DNA of 62,934 bases, filler included, from Octopus bimaculoides (Eukaryota), in NCBI RefSeq assembly GCF_001194135.2. It is 12 parts of 11 records of this genome, joined end to end, with 100 filler letters (N's around TTAATTAATTAA, not from the genome) between each part and the next. Parts side by side here need not be neighbours in the genome. Positions count along the whole stretch, not along the records: positions 46,733 to 52,056 come from NC_068984.1; positions 52,157 to 53,649 come from NW_026389814.1; positions 53,750 to 57,101 come from NC_068983.1; positions 57,202 to 59,366 come from NC_068986.1; positions 59,467 to 62,934 come from NC_068990.1; 7 more parts are not named here. One strand, written 5' to 3'. Each line of letters begins with the position of its first letter. The first letter of the stretch is position 1. Of the stretch, positions 50,540 through 62,934 are shown in pieces. A program made the position numbers and the translations under genes. The notes under the pieces are model-generated. The model was not told the origin of the DNA, ran no database searches, and worked only from the letters and a program-made list of their open reading frames with translations.

Positions 50540-50810
50540 TTTGTAGAGGTCACGCTGTGCATAATAATCCCGTAGGTTTCGAAAAGCTCTGAAGAACGCC
50601 AAAGTCAACATGAAGATCGGTGAGAAACCAGGGAGATCAATCAGCTCACAATTATGTAAATCAAACTCCTTCGACAAGACCACTTGTACTGATATGAACT
50701 GTGTAGTATTGCCAGGAACATGGTTTGTCTACAGCATAAAGTGTCTGAGCGGATATGGTGAAGACAGGAACACAACGTAAAGTGGCGCGAATTCTTGAGT
50801 TTAGAGGAGA
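50540..50810 (+). mobile_element. Degenerate Penelope-like element fragment (linker before GIY-YIG)
   Basis: GFRKALKNAKVNMKIGEKPGRSISSQLCKSNSFDKTTCTDMNC..VYSIKC resembles the PLE EK.G.SI..QL.KS.PF..C..C..VY.I.C linker. Confidence 0.5.
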
Positions 50811-50899
50811 GGCCAAATGGACATTGACACGAAACAATCATTCATACTCTCTCAATACTGATATGGAAATTTACATTGCAAAAAGCAGAACTGCAACGA

Positions 50900-50942
<43 letters not shown>

Positions 50943-53084
50943 NNNNNNNNNNNNNNNNNNNNNNNNNNNNNNNNNNNNNNNNNNNNNNNNNNNNNNNNNN
51001 NNNNNNNNNNNNNNNNNNNNNNNNNNNNNNNNNNNNNNNNNNNNNNNNNNNNNNNNNNNNNNNNNNNNNNNNNNNNNNNNTATATATGCGTGTGTGCGTG
51101 CGAGTGTATGTGCGTATGAGGTAGAGAGAGAAAGTGAGAAAGAGTCGGTTTGGGAGGTTGAAAATGCACTTGAATTTTGTTTCGATAAATTTTTGTTTTC
51201 CAATGGTAAATACAAAAAAGTTTAGGGGAGATTCAATATATAAGGAAAACTTCGGAAAAAAATCATGCTTAAAAAATTAAATATCTATACAAATTCCAAT
51301 AATACGCTTTACAGAGCTGGATAGACATAACAGTTCAGATATTCGATGAATTTCATAACAGCCTTAACTGACTGAAAGTTCAGTCACATTGAGTTTTATT
51401 GCCAATTAATTTTGTAGTGCATGGAGGAGGTTTCTTTGTCACGGGTTTTGCTGGTGAGTGTTTGACCAATCGGAAGCCGAAATTACTTAGTATATATAGG
51501 TTTTAAATGTAAAATTTCAAGTTCTGACTGGTTGTAAACTTAATGATGTCGCTTGATTTTGTTCGCCTGTGGTCTAGGATGTTAACTGACTGGCTGCCTG
51601 ACTATGTCACTCATTATTCGGACGTTCTGACCACATATCTTGGTTTGATCGAAGTCTAGCGTTCAGCTTGAATTCCTGGTTACGTCATTTGTTTATCGAT
51701 TGTTTTAAACACTTGCTTTTGGCCAAGACAGATCCAGTGCTCTCGTTCATTGGTGTACTGCATACGCTATTTGTTTTTGTTAAAGGTCTTGCTAAGTTGC
51801 TTTTATGTCACTGTTGTTTAGCGTTCAGGCTAGTCGATTCCTTTAAGAAGCTACTGGATTCGGTTATCACAAGGATTTTTTTTTCTGAGTGTCTGGTTAT
51901 GACCAGAAATAAAATCTAATTGATTAAGCCTAAGGTAACTTCAGCAGCTGGAGCAATTTGGAATTAGGGTATCTAATCGCGGACTTAGCCAGCTACATAA
52001 ACTTTTGGTATATATCTGTTGTTTATAGTATTTATATACATTATATATATATATATNNNNNNNNNNNNNNNNNNNNNNNNNNNNNNNNNNNNNNNNNNNN
52101 TTAATTAATTAANNNNNNNNNNNNNNNNNNNNNNNNNNNNNNNNNNNNNNNNNNNNAATAATAATAAAATTAATAATGACAATAATAATAATAATAATAC
52201 TAATAATGCTGTACATATGACTGGTACTTAGTTCTGCGCCAATATTACAAATAATGTTAGGAGTATAAACAAATGTAATATTAAATTTAAGGAAGACGGC
52301 GGGCTGTCAGAATCATACTGTATCGTACACAAAAGTGCGTAGCAGAACTTCTTCCAGTTGTACGTTTTTTGTCCGAAATCCACCACCGGGTTCGACTTTG
52401 CCATCCACCCATTCTCAGACGATGTTATCGACTTGAACTATTCCATGAAAATACTGGCTTTGTGCGAAAATCTGAAAGCAATATTAAACATAGGGATACT
52501 TAAAACCACGTGGATTTCAGTTATCATACACAACGTCTCATTTTATATTTATATACGTGTTCCATTACAAATTGCATGATGTCAATAAATTTAATGAAAT
52601 CTTCCAATAAAGTTATTTTACTGACAATATTCTGACTGTTTTCACTACAGGGTCTGAATACAATTTGATATTTGTCTCTATTTTTAAGATATTTTAAATG
52701 GTTTCAAGTTGTCATATGTGATTACGATTTCATTATGGCACTTCATAAAATTCCTCCACAGTTTTATGACTATAAATTGCATTAATAATGTTTGTTGGGT
52801 CATGATGTCTAAAGTAATGTAACTATAATTCCTGGATATAAATGCAACTGGATATTCATATATGTTATAAATGACACGCGATCTTCTTTTTTTTATGTGA
52901 AACCCTTCGTTCAACTAGCTTCTCATATATTCCGCTACCGATAATTTAAAACTCATAAATTTTTAGATCCCGAAAATAATCTGTAATGTATAACAGTTCT
53001 CCTTTATTTCTTTCTCCCTTTATGTATACATGTATGTTGCATCTATAACATTATGGAATGTTTTTGTATTTGCGATACATACAA

Positions 53085-53130
<46 letters not shown>

Positions 53131-53403
53131 TGTATAATTGTAAATAAATTATAAGTATAACGGAGAGGGTTGCAAAAACCCTTACATGTCTAGAAATAGC
53201 AGTCAAAACTGCTATAAAGCTACTATAAACACACATATTATATCTCTTTACAATAAAAGGTGTCGCCGAGTGACATGACACAAAATTCAAAAGTTAAATA
53301 AAAATAAATGTTAATTCTCTATTGCAATTTCAAAGTTAAGAACCCAAAAGTTTCCAGGCGCATGCGCACACGCACACACGCACACACGGACACGCACACA
53401 CAT

Positions 53404-53451
<48 letters not shown>

Positions 53452-53749
53452 CACACACATATTTTCTTTTTATGTCTTTTACTTCTTACTTTATGACGAA
53501 TAAATTATTTCTTTTACAATCTTTAATTTTGCCACGATATTATGCATCGGAGCAACTAGAAAGAACCGATATTTAGAGAAATAATTTGGATGATACACAC
53601 TATTGAGTCATATGCATATTCTTCTGTGTGAATACCGAAATTGAAATTTNNNNNNNNNNNNNNNNNNNNNNNNNNNNNNNNNNNNNNNNNNNNTTAATTA
53701 ATTAANNNNNNNNNNNNNNNNNNNNNNNNNNNNNNNNNNNNNNNNNNNN

Positions 53750-55494
53750 AGTCACAGTCAACAATAGTCGAACCACAGTCAACAACAGCCGAACCACAAT
53801 CAACAACAGCCGAGTCACAGTCAACATCAGCCGAGCCGCAATCAACATCAGCCGAGCCGCAATCAACAAGAGTCGAACCAAAATCAACAACAGCCGAGCC
53901 ACAGTCAACAACAGCCGAGCCATTATCAGCAACAGCTGAGGAGCAATCAACGACAAACCTAATAACATTAGTAACAGAAGTCGATTCACAACTACCACTG
54001 ACTACAACACTATCAACAACTGCACCATCAACATCAGTGATAACAATATCAGCTTTAAAAACAGAAGCGGACCCACAGCAACCAACAATAATAACAGCAT
54101 TGGTGACAGTTACAAATTTGCATTCAACAACAACGGAAACTACAAACATAGATATGCAATCAGCAACACCAGAGGATTCACTACTAGCAACGACATTAGC
54201 AATAGCAGAAGAATCACAAACACCAAAAACATCGGAAGTAACTACTACAATAGCAACGGAAACGATGACTACATCTGTTTCAGAAACAGCGGGAACAGAA
54301 TCAACTATAGCAACACTAACACCTACAATCGAAGAGGAAATAGCAATAGATACAACCAACACATCGCCAGCAGAAATATCATCAGTAGTAAGTAGAACTA
54401 CACCATTAATAGCAGCAACTGATACAACCACTGAAGCAACTTCTATAGCAATAGCAACAACAACACAAGGAAATACCTCGGTAAGAGAAACTACAGTAAG
54501 TGAACTTCCACCTGTAACAACATTAGCAACAACGGACTCACAATCAACAACGGTAGACGAATCTCCACCAGTAACAACAAACCCACAATCATCGACGCCT
54601 TTTGCAACGGAGTCATCTCTAACATCAATAATAGGAACAAGAGAGGTAACAACCCTAACTGAATCACCAGCGTCATCCTCTGCTGTCACCGCTTCTCCCT
54701 CCTCCTTATCAACATCACAAACAGAAGAAAGCACCACAATAGCAGCTGTAACAGAAGCAACTGTTGGAGGTGATATAGCAACACAAGCAACCACCACATC
54801 AACAGGAGTAACTGATACAACCACCACAGCAACAACTGCAACTGAAGCGACACTTATAACAACAGAGACAACCCTTACAGCAATAGAAACAACAGAATCA
54901 GCTACCACAGAAGCAGCAGAAACAGCAGATGTACTTTCAACCACAACAGTAACGCCAGAAGAGACTTCTGCCACCTCAATAAGCACATCAAACACAAACG
55001 ACAGTACCAATGATATATCACAAATAATTACCAGTGGTACGACATTGACCAGTGTTGGTGATATGACAGAGTCAGATGTCAGTGGTGGGACACATGTACA
55101 ATTCAATAGTACTAGTGGAACAAACGCCATAGACTTGACAGAGGGAAGCTTCGAGAGTACGACACCACTACATTTTAATGGTGTGTCTGAAATTAACACC
55201 GATAGTACGACGCAGAACATTGACCATGATAACACAGAAACAATCCTCAATGGTGACGGCACTACAGTGACAAAGAAGCTTAGTTCAATACAAAGCAATA
55301 CTGTCGACAGTATAACACAAACAAATAAGGCGACTATATTGACGACGGTACACTCTATAATTCGTCAGAAAAGCGTAGAACGTCGACAGCTGAACGGTGT
55401 GGTGCACGTAGCAGGGGGACTGGAATGGCAGCCTGAGTTAGAAGATGAACATTCTGAAGAATTTCAACAGACATCGAAAATCATGTTGGATATG
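53750..55494 (+). CDS. Large exon of a mucin-like PTS-rich protein with EPQSTTA heptad repeats and the N-terminal half of a SEA domain
   Basis: Frame is open from the gap edge for ~580 codons and is Thr/Ser/Ala/Glu-rich with 21-bp repeats at the start. It ends LNGVVHVAGGLEWQPELEDEHSEEFQQTSKIMLDM at a consensus ATG|GTAAGT donor (SEA pattern G...L.W..EL.D..S.EF). Confidence 0.85.
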
Positions 55495-56166
55495 GTAAGT
55501 GTCAGCAGTACATTTTAAAAATTCGATCCTCTTCGACTAGGCAGTATTAAGAATTCCAGTATTTGAGTGGGTTGTAAGAGAATGAAAAACTATGAGGTTT
55601 ATCTTGTAGTTGATGTTTGGTCTTAAATTAGCTCTTTTAGCAAACTCACTACCAAAAGTATGCCAGACGTGACCATCCTTCTTTTCTTTTAAACAGTATT
55701 ATCAAAGATCACATCCAATGTTCCGTTATTGAAAGAGGGTAGGATGTAATCTTAGTGAGATTTAGCTGCCATTTCTTGTAGACTGAGCAGCCACATAGAA
55801 CAGGGGTGGGGAAACCCCCGCCTATTTTATTGCACCCGCAGGCTGGTATACTCGTATGTACAAAATATAGTAAATTTTTCAATTATAAAATCTATACAAT
55901 ATTCGTATGCCTATTTGCGGCATAGGTCGCGTTTCCACTACGGCTTAAAACGGTTAGACTCGAACAGAAAATTGTTCGGTAATTGCCATGTGAATGGAAA
56001 TTTTGTTTTCACTATAAAACACATATTACTAGGTTTGTACCACCCTGTTGAAACCCAACTACACTCTAGCTGAAAAATATAGAAGTCCTAAATTCAGTGA
56101 CGGTGTTAATGAAGATGTTAAGCGTTAATTTAATGTCTTATCATTATTAATGTATATCGAATTATA

Positions 56167-57101
56167 TTAGTCTGAGTAAAAAGTAAGCAACATTTTGAAA
56201 CATGAAATTCATCACAATATATTTTAACAATGCGGACATTTTATTCATCAAAGTAAGTACCATTACAATCAACACATTTTTGCCAACGAGCTACAAGTTT
56301 GTTTATTCCGGTAACATAAAAATTTGGAGTTCTGGAGCTGATAAACTCTTTGAATGCACTTTCAGCATGGATTTGATTTTTGAACTCCTCTTGCAGGAAA
56401 CCATCGAGGTGCTTGAAAAAGTGGTAGTCGGTAGGAGAAAGGTCTGAGGAATAAGCTGGGTGGGGAACAACTTCGTAGCCAAGTTCCCTCAACTTCTGGA
56501 TTGTCATTAGTGAAACGTCTAGGACGGAGGAATTGCAGTTTTTCGTTCATTTTGGCAATTTCATGGCAATATGTTTCTGCAGTAACGGTTTTCCAGGTTT
56601 TAAGAAGTTATAGTGGATGAATCCAGCAGTACGCCATTAAACAGTCACCGTAACCTTGTTTTTGAAAAGCTCGGGTTTAGGAAAGGTTTTCGGTGCTTCA
56701 TTTTGGTCCAGCCACTGCGAAGAACGTTTTTTTATTATTGTGCAGAATCCATTTTTCATCGCAAGTTACAATATGGTCGAGAAATGTATCGGTCTAGTTA
56801 CTGAGAAGAAGCGACAAGCAAACTTCATATCTGTGCGTTTTCTGATTTTCATTCAAATCGTGTGGTACCCATTTGTCGAGCTTTTTGATTTTCCGATCGC
56901 ATGCAAATGGTTGCAGGCAGTTTTCTGGCTAACTTGAATTTCTTTTGCCAGTTCTCGAGTGGTTTTAATTGACCGTCATCGATGATAGATGGGCGTCCAC
57001 TACGCTCACGATTTTCAAGGCTCAGGTCTTCACTGCGAAATCGTTTAAACCGTTTCCGAGTTAACCACATACTGGTCATTTCTTCACCAAACATTTCTTT
57101 G
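56167..57101 (-). mobile_element. Mariner (DD34D) transposon, degenerate, 5' end lost in a gap
   Basis: FKRFRSEDLSLENRERSGRPS (HTH), GFIHYNFLKPG and YEVVPHPAYSSDLSPTDYHFFKHL..KLVARWQKCVDCNGTYFDE. Terminus TA-TTAGTCTGAGTAAAAAGTAAGCAAC. Confidence 0.95.
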
Positions 57102-57383
57102 NNNNNNNNNNNNNNNNNNNNNNNNNNNNNNNNNNNNNNNNNNNNTTAATTAATTAANNNNNNNNNNNNNNNNNNNNNNNNNNNNNNNNNNNNNNNNNNN
57201 NATCCATCCATACGTATACACAGATACATACATACATACATACATGAAGTGATCGTAAGCTTGATTTCGTATATAATCACCTTCTCTTTGCTGACATATA
57301 TATGTAATAGATTTGATAGCATTTTAACCATGGACCCTCAGATAACAACTAACATGCTGATCTTGTTTATAATAGTGTGTGCG

Positions 57384-57441
<58 letters not shown>

Positions 57442-58036
57442 AGACATGTTTATAACATAATTTAATCGCAGATCATATTACTAATGGCTCTGTTCTTGTG
57501 CATCCGTCTAGAGGGGATTTCAAATCCTGCTGTTGAAGAGCACACCATTGGACATAAAAGCCAGCAATGCTCCCCTGGTGCCGTTGGAACTGTATGTATA
57601 CATTTCGCGTTGGTCTCTCACTATGTAACCTTTAATGGAGATTAAAGCGAGATCATCTCTGTATCTTCTACTTTGCAGAGCTTTAAAATCCATCAGTTAT
57701 CGGGCACTGAAGTTCATTATTTGATGAACTATTGTCGTTCTTCGTTATAGACCGCTATCCACTTCTGTTCGGTGCTGGATGCTCAGTGAACAGGATTGGT
57801 ATTCAAGAACTTATAGCTGTTTTCTTTGCGATGTAATGAAATCTTATCTTTTCCGTTGTATGTACACGGACCGTTTACCGAGAACTAATTCTACGTAATG
57901 GCTTTGTAAACCTGAAATAATTAAGATAGATGACATGAGCAACATCTTGCATTAGGTGTATGATGAAGTGAGGTTCCAAACTCAGATAAGGCAAAAACTC
58001 AAATTAATAATATACATACATACACACGCAAACGCA

Positions 58037-58090
<54 letters not shown>

Positions 58091-59314
58091 NNNNNNNNNN
58101 NNNNNNNNNNNNNNNNNNNNNNNNNNNNNNNNNNNNNNNNNNNNNNNNNNNNNNNNNNNNNNNNNNNNNNNNNNNNNNNNNNNNNNNNNNNNNNNNNNNN
58201 NNNNNNNNNNNNNNNNNNNNNNNNNNNNNNNNNNNNNNNNNNNNNNNNNNNNNNNNNNNNNNNNNNNNNNNNNNNNNNNNNNNNNNNNNNNNNNNNNNNN
58301 NNNNNNNNNNNNNNNNNNNNNNNNNNNNNNNNNNNNNNNNNNNNNNNNNNNNNNNNNNNNNNNNNNNNNNNNNNNNNNNNNNNNNNNNNNNNNNNNNNNN
58401 NNNNNNNNNNNNNNNNNNNNNNNNNNNNNNNNNNNNNNNNNNNNNNNNNNNNNNNNNNNNNNNNNNNNNNNNNNNNNNNNNNNNNNNNNNNNNNNNNNNN
58501 NNNNNNNNNNNNNNNNNNNNNNNNNNNNNNNNNNNNNNNNNNNNNNNNNNNNNNNNNNNNNNNNNNNNNNNNNNNNNNNNNNNNNNNNNNNNNNNNNNNN
58601 NNNNNNNNNNNNNNNNNNNNNNNNNNNNNNNNNNNNNNNNNNNNNNNNNNNNNNNNNNNNNNNNNNNNNNNNNNNNNNNNNNNNNNNNNNNACGAGAAAA
58701 AAACAACAACGTGAGGACGTAGCACATGTAAAGTATAAATAAGACGCTCAGAGAAGTAAAAGTGTGCTTGTTTTACGTTTCGAGCAAAGCTCTTCTTCGG
58801 AAACAGGAAACAGTAGAAAGTCCAAAGGAAAAGGAATGAGGAAAGAAATCGCCGACAGTCCACGTGTAGTTACATTTTTGAAATGACCGGAAGTAGAAGG
58901 ACAAAGAGAAAATGCTTTTTGGGACAGGAGAATGTGAAGAATAGTTAGAATCTGCGTATATATGTGTGCGTGTGTGTATGCGCGCGTGCATGTGTATGTG
59001 CGGCAGTAACTAACTGAGTGTGTGTGTTTGCGTGGTAGCATGTGTGCGTATGGTGGTAACTGTGTGTGTAATGTCGTAGTGTACATATGTTTCCTAGGTA
59101 GCAGAACCTCGGAAGTTGTAATTACTCAACGAAGGGTACACCACTAGCTATTCATGAGGCCATTACACCTTAGTTAAAGGACGGTTACATTGTCGTCAAG
59201 GGATCCCAAGTTGACTCACAGGAAATTCGATCGAAAACGAGAGGAAAGCACAGAGTGAGAGTATATAATATATATATATATACATAAGTAATCTACGTAT
59301 ATATATACATACAT

Positions 59315-59366
<52 letters not shown>

Positions 59367-60239
59367 NNNNNNNNNNNNNNNNNNNNNNNNNNNNNNNNNN
59401 NNNNNNNNNNTTAATTAATTAANNNNNNNNNNNNNNNNNNNNNNNNNNNNNNNNNNNNNNNNNNNNAAACATTGTTTTATTATTATTATTAAAATCGTGA
59501 GATGTTTGAAAAATGCATTTACAATGCTAAACATGTTCAAAAACATTTATAAAAAATTTGCTTAGCAATTAGATAATAAAGATAAAATACAAACTTGGAT
59601 AATTTTATCGATGAATTGAGCGAACATCTTCCAGAAATGCAAGAACATCTTAAGGATTTTTAGAAATTGAAAGGTAACCTAATGTAATTACGCTTTAAGT
59701 TGTAGATCACACGCCAAAGATCAAGTAGTTTTGAGAAAAAAAAAAAAAAAAGACAGGAAAAAATTCAGGAGGATGATCACAGAAGTAACATTGTGGATCA
59801 AAGTTCTTATCTGAGGGTAAGCAATGGCTTTCGGTTTTGACTGAAGACAACTAAAATTTCGGAGAAGGATTTAGTCGATTAAATTCACCTAAGTACTTGA
59901 ATGATACTTTGTATTTTCGGACCCCAGAATGATGGCGGGCGGAGTTGCTCTCGACCGGATTTGAACTCGGATGCAAAGTGTCGGAACAAATACCGGGAAG
60001 CAGTTTTTCCGGGACTCTACTGATTTAGCTACGTCAACGCCTCGAGAATTACAAATATTACTTCAATTATGTCAAGACATAAAGTATAAACAAAAACCCA
60101 TAGCAATTCAAAATTTTCAAAATTTTTGCAAGGGAAATAACTCACGTAACATTTCTTAAAAGTTGTCTTTCTGGTATGTTTTAATAGATCTGTAAGTGAA
60201 CTTAATGTATATATCTGTAGAGTAAATCGCATGGTTTAA

Positions 60240-60530
60240 CTTTTAGGGTATTCGGCTCATGATCATAAGGTTGTAGGTTCGGTTTCCGACGGCACGCCTT
60301 GTCCTTGAGCAAGATACCCAATTCCACGTTGTTCCACTCAACTGACATAAATTAGTTATATCTGTAATTCAAACGGCCGGCCTTGTCACATTCTGTGTCA
60401 CGTTGAATCTTCCTGAGAACTACGTAAACGGTACACGTGTCTGTGGAGTGCTCAACCACATGCACCTTAATTTCACGAGCAGGTTGTTCCGCTGATCGAA
60501 CCCTTATCGTCGTGACCGCCGGAGTGCCAT
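60240..60530 (+). mobile_element. SINE family C
   Basis: TAGGGTATTCGGCTCATGATCATAAGGTTGTAGGTTCGGTTTCC..CCTTGAGCAAGATAC..CTGAGAACTACGTAAACGGTACACGTGTCTGTGGAGTGCTC..TTTCACGAGCAGG. Confidence 0.8.
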
Positions 60531-60884
60531 TTCATGCGTGTAGAGTGCAGGCAAGTTTATGGAAGGTGTCCCCAAACACTGGGCCGCACGGGGAGAATAA
60601 TTTTCAAAAGTATATTTCTATTTCATTGAAAAGCACCGAATCTCCTCTGATCACTGTGGTTAAGCAACGTTGTGTCTAGTTAATACTTAGATGGATGACT
60701 ATTCGGGAAAACTAGGTGCTTTAAGCATCCCTTTAGGTGCAGACCTGGGCCTGGCTGTGTGTTTAGACGTTTGGTTCCCAACATCATGATTCCTGGTTCA
60801 ATTGTAATGGTCCTTTGGCAAGTACTCAGTGATGACCAAAACCTTGTGAGTGGATTTGGCAGACGAAAACTGAATGAAGTTATA

Positions 60885-61779
60885 CAAAGTGCCATCAAAG
60901 AGTTCTCGGACTAGTGATGTCTAAAAGAAAATAACTCATTTACCTAAGTTTTAACATCATCTCCTCCGAATTAGTCACTTAGAACAGCAATACACCGGTC
61001 CCAGCATTCCAGCTACTTTCGAAATGCGGCCTGGAAGTAGTTTTCCGTAAGGGAGTCGAGGACCTGCCGCTATTCGCTCTTGATCTCGACAACGGCGTAA
61101 AAACGGCGTCCTTTCAGCTGCATTTTCATCTTAGGGAAGAAATGGAAATCCGCAGGCGCTAAATCTGGACGGTTACGGAAGTGATGCCTTGTTGATTTTG
61201 GTGAGAAACTCACGAGTGAAGAGAATTCGATGACTAAGTACGTTGTCGTCGTAAAGAATCCGATCCTTCGCGCTCCACAGATCCGGCTGCTTAAGCTGAA
61301 TGTCTTCCCTCAAACGCTTCAAAATGTCGCTGATTGTCCTCCGATGATCCCCATGCACAAGCTGATCAATTTTCTCCACATTTCCGAAGATGACGCTCGT
61401 GGCTGGTCTTCAAGATCGCTCATTGTATTCCGGAGCAATTCTTCTGCTTTTGAAACACCCGTGCCACTCAAAACATTGTGTGCAACCCACTGCTTCGTCA
61501 CAGTAAGCTTACCAAAGCATACTCAACGTCTGTAGCAGACTTCCCAAGTTCAACGCAAAATTTCACATTGGCTTTTGGTTCCTGTTCATGACAAAATCGC
61601 AGACTGTAATATGCACGTGATCACAAAAGCACAAATTTCACAACTTATGAAGTAAACACAGCGATGTCACTCGACACACCATCTCATGAACGTCACTGGT
61701 AGCTGTCACTGCGTATGCAACCGTGTGCTGCCATCTGTTGGCATGCTACAGATTTACTGCAGGAACCTTTTGATAAAGG
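60885..61779 (-). mobile_element. Internally deleted mariner
   Basis: N-terminus (..CFEWHGCFKS..RPATS..NVEKIDQLVHGDHRRTI) is joined directly to SDILKRLREDIQLKQPDLWS..ILYDDN..REFLTK and a PDLAPADFHFFPK-like motif. Degenerate TIRs with TA flanks. Confidence 0.85.
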
Positions 61780-61979
61780 TATATATATATATATATATAT
61801 AAAGGTATNNNNNNNNNNNNNNNNNNNNNNNNNNNNNNNNNNNNNNNNNNNNNNNNNNNNNNNNNNNNNNNNNNNNNNNNNNNNNNNNNNNNNNNNNNNN
61901 NNNNNNNNNNNNNNNNNNNNNNNNNNNNNNNNNNNNNNNNNNNNNNNNNNNNNNNNNNNNNNNNNNNNNNNNNNNNNNN

Positions 61980-62017
<38 letters not shown>

Positions 62018-62934
62018 GTCTTTGTGTATAAGTATCTTAGTGGGTGTGTTTGTTCATGTCTCCGTCACTTTGCGTTCATAATAAGAGACCGAGAGAGTAA
62101 GTACCAAGCTTAAAAATAAATAAATACTGATGTCGATTCGTCCTACTAAACTTCTTCAATGTGGGGCCCCAGCATGGCCGGAGACCAATGACTGCAACAA
62201 GTAAAACGTAAAATACTAAAGATATCGTGTTCTGCAGAAACTTTTTGCATGATATATCTATTATACATGTAATATGTAGGTATTATGTCTGTAATATATA
62301 TCTATTATATATGAAATATTTAAATTATATTAATTATATAAACTATTGCGATTTATAATGTGTGTGAGTTTTCAGTCTGTGGGACGAAGAGCCATGCTTC
62401 CAGGACGCGACATGGGGCGCGAGGTTGGACATAAGCGGTGTGCCTCACGCGCCCCACCTCCTCTTCTCCCTGGGTCAGTTGAAAGCGGGCGACACGCGCC
62501 TGTGCTAGCGCATGCTCAAGGATCGGGGATTTCCCGGTGTCTTTGAGTGGAGGGGGGCCACTTCGCCAGTAGGACCCTAATCTAAAAACATTTGGACACA
62601 GTTGGTTACACAGAGATCACAATAAAAACTATAAACCTGGCGCTCCATCGGTTCCGACGAAATGTTTTCCAATCAACGGAACAGCCTGCTCCTGAAATTA
62701 ATATGCAAGTGGATGAGTACTCCACAGGCATGCGTACACTTAAAGTATTTCTACGGGAGATTCAGCATAACACACCGAATGTGATAGGGCTCGCAATTGG
62801 AATAACAGACACATCTAATTTTTGCCAGCTGAATGGGAATATATATATATTTGGTTAATGAGAGAGACAGAAGATACGAGGATATTTATTAATCACTACA
62901 ATTGTTTCGAGCCATCTACCATCTATGCTTCACG

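Noticed and set aside
51438-52040. Possible solo LTR (starts TGTCACG)
   Set aside because: No partner LTR, PBS, PPT or TSD visible.
53694-55298. 534-aa Val/Ser-rich minus-strand ORF
   Set aside because: Antisense shadow of the ACA/GCA/TCA-rich mucin exon. The plus frame has the SEA motif and a consensus donor.
55801-55860. CAGGGGTGGGGAAAC, a hAT/Charlie-like terminus
   Set aside because: No matching right TIR or TSD found.
57472-57536. TNGSVLVH resembling the SEA GSVVV motif
   Set aside because: Phase is incompatible with the 55494 donor, the acceptor is weak, and a stop follows with no usable donor.

Overview
AT-rich, gap-riddled animal genomic DNA, most likely an Octopus draft scaffold (inferred from the SINE/RTE repeat types, dense microsatellites and N-padded TTAATTAATTAA spacers). 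Two genes are securely recognisable. (1) Three in-phase minus-strand exons of classical dynamin (C-terminal PH and stalk/GED; 12515-12389, 10208-10062, 9228-9169); I found no flanking dynamin exon on either side within the window. (2) A >1.7-kb plus-strand mucin-type Thr/Ser-rich exon with a 7-aa repeat running into a SEA domain (53750-55494). Six weaker minus-strand exon candidates (44.8-28.7 kb), one a 16-nt microexon, splice in frame into an unidentified membrane protein. The rest is mobile DNA: CR1-group LINEs, Penelope GIY-YIG remnants, a hammerhead-like motif, two mariners, several MITEs/foldbacks (one Merlin-like with an internal telomeric palindrome), three tRNA-SINE families and RTE-type 3' tails. 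It also holds R4/Dong-like RLE retrotransposon pieces in (TAA)n tracts. The most unusual signal is a 19-unit array of a 21-nt core with variable 2-3 nt joints at the 5' end of the R4/Dong-like element, which looks like reiterative (telomerase-like) template copying. No CRISPR, rRNA or true tRNA genes were seen.
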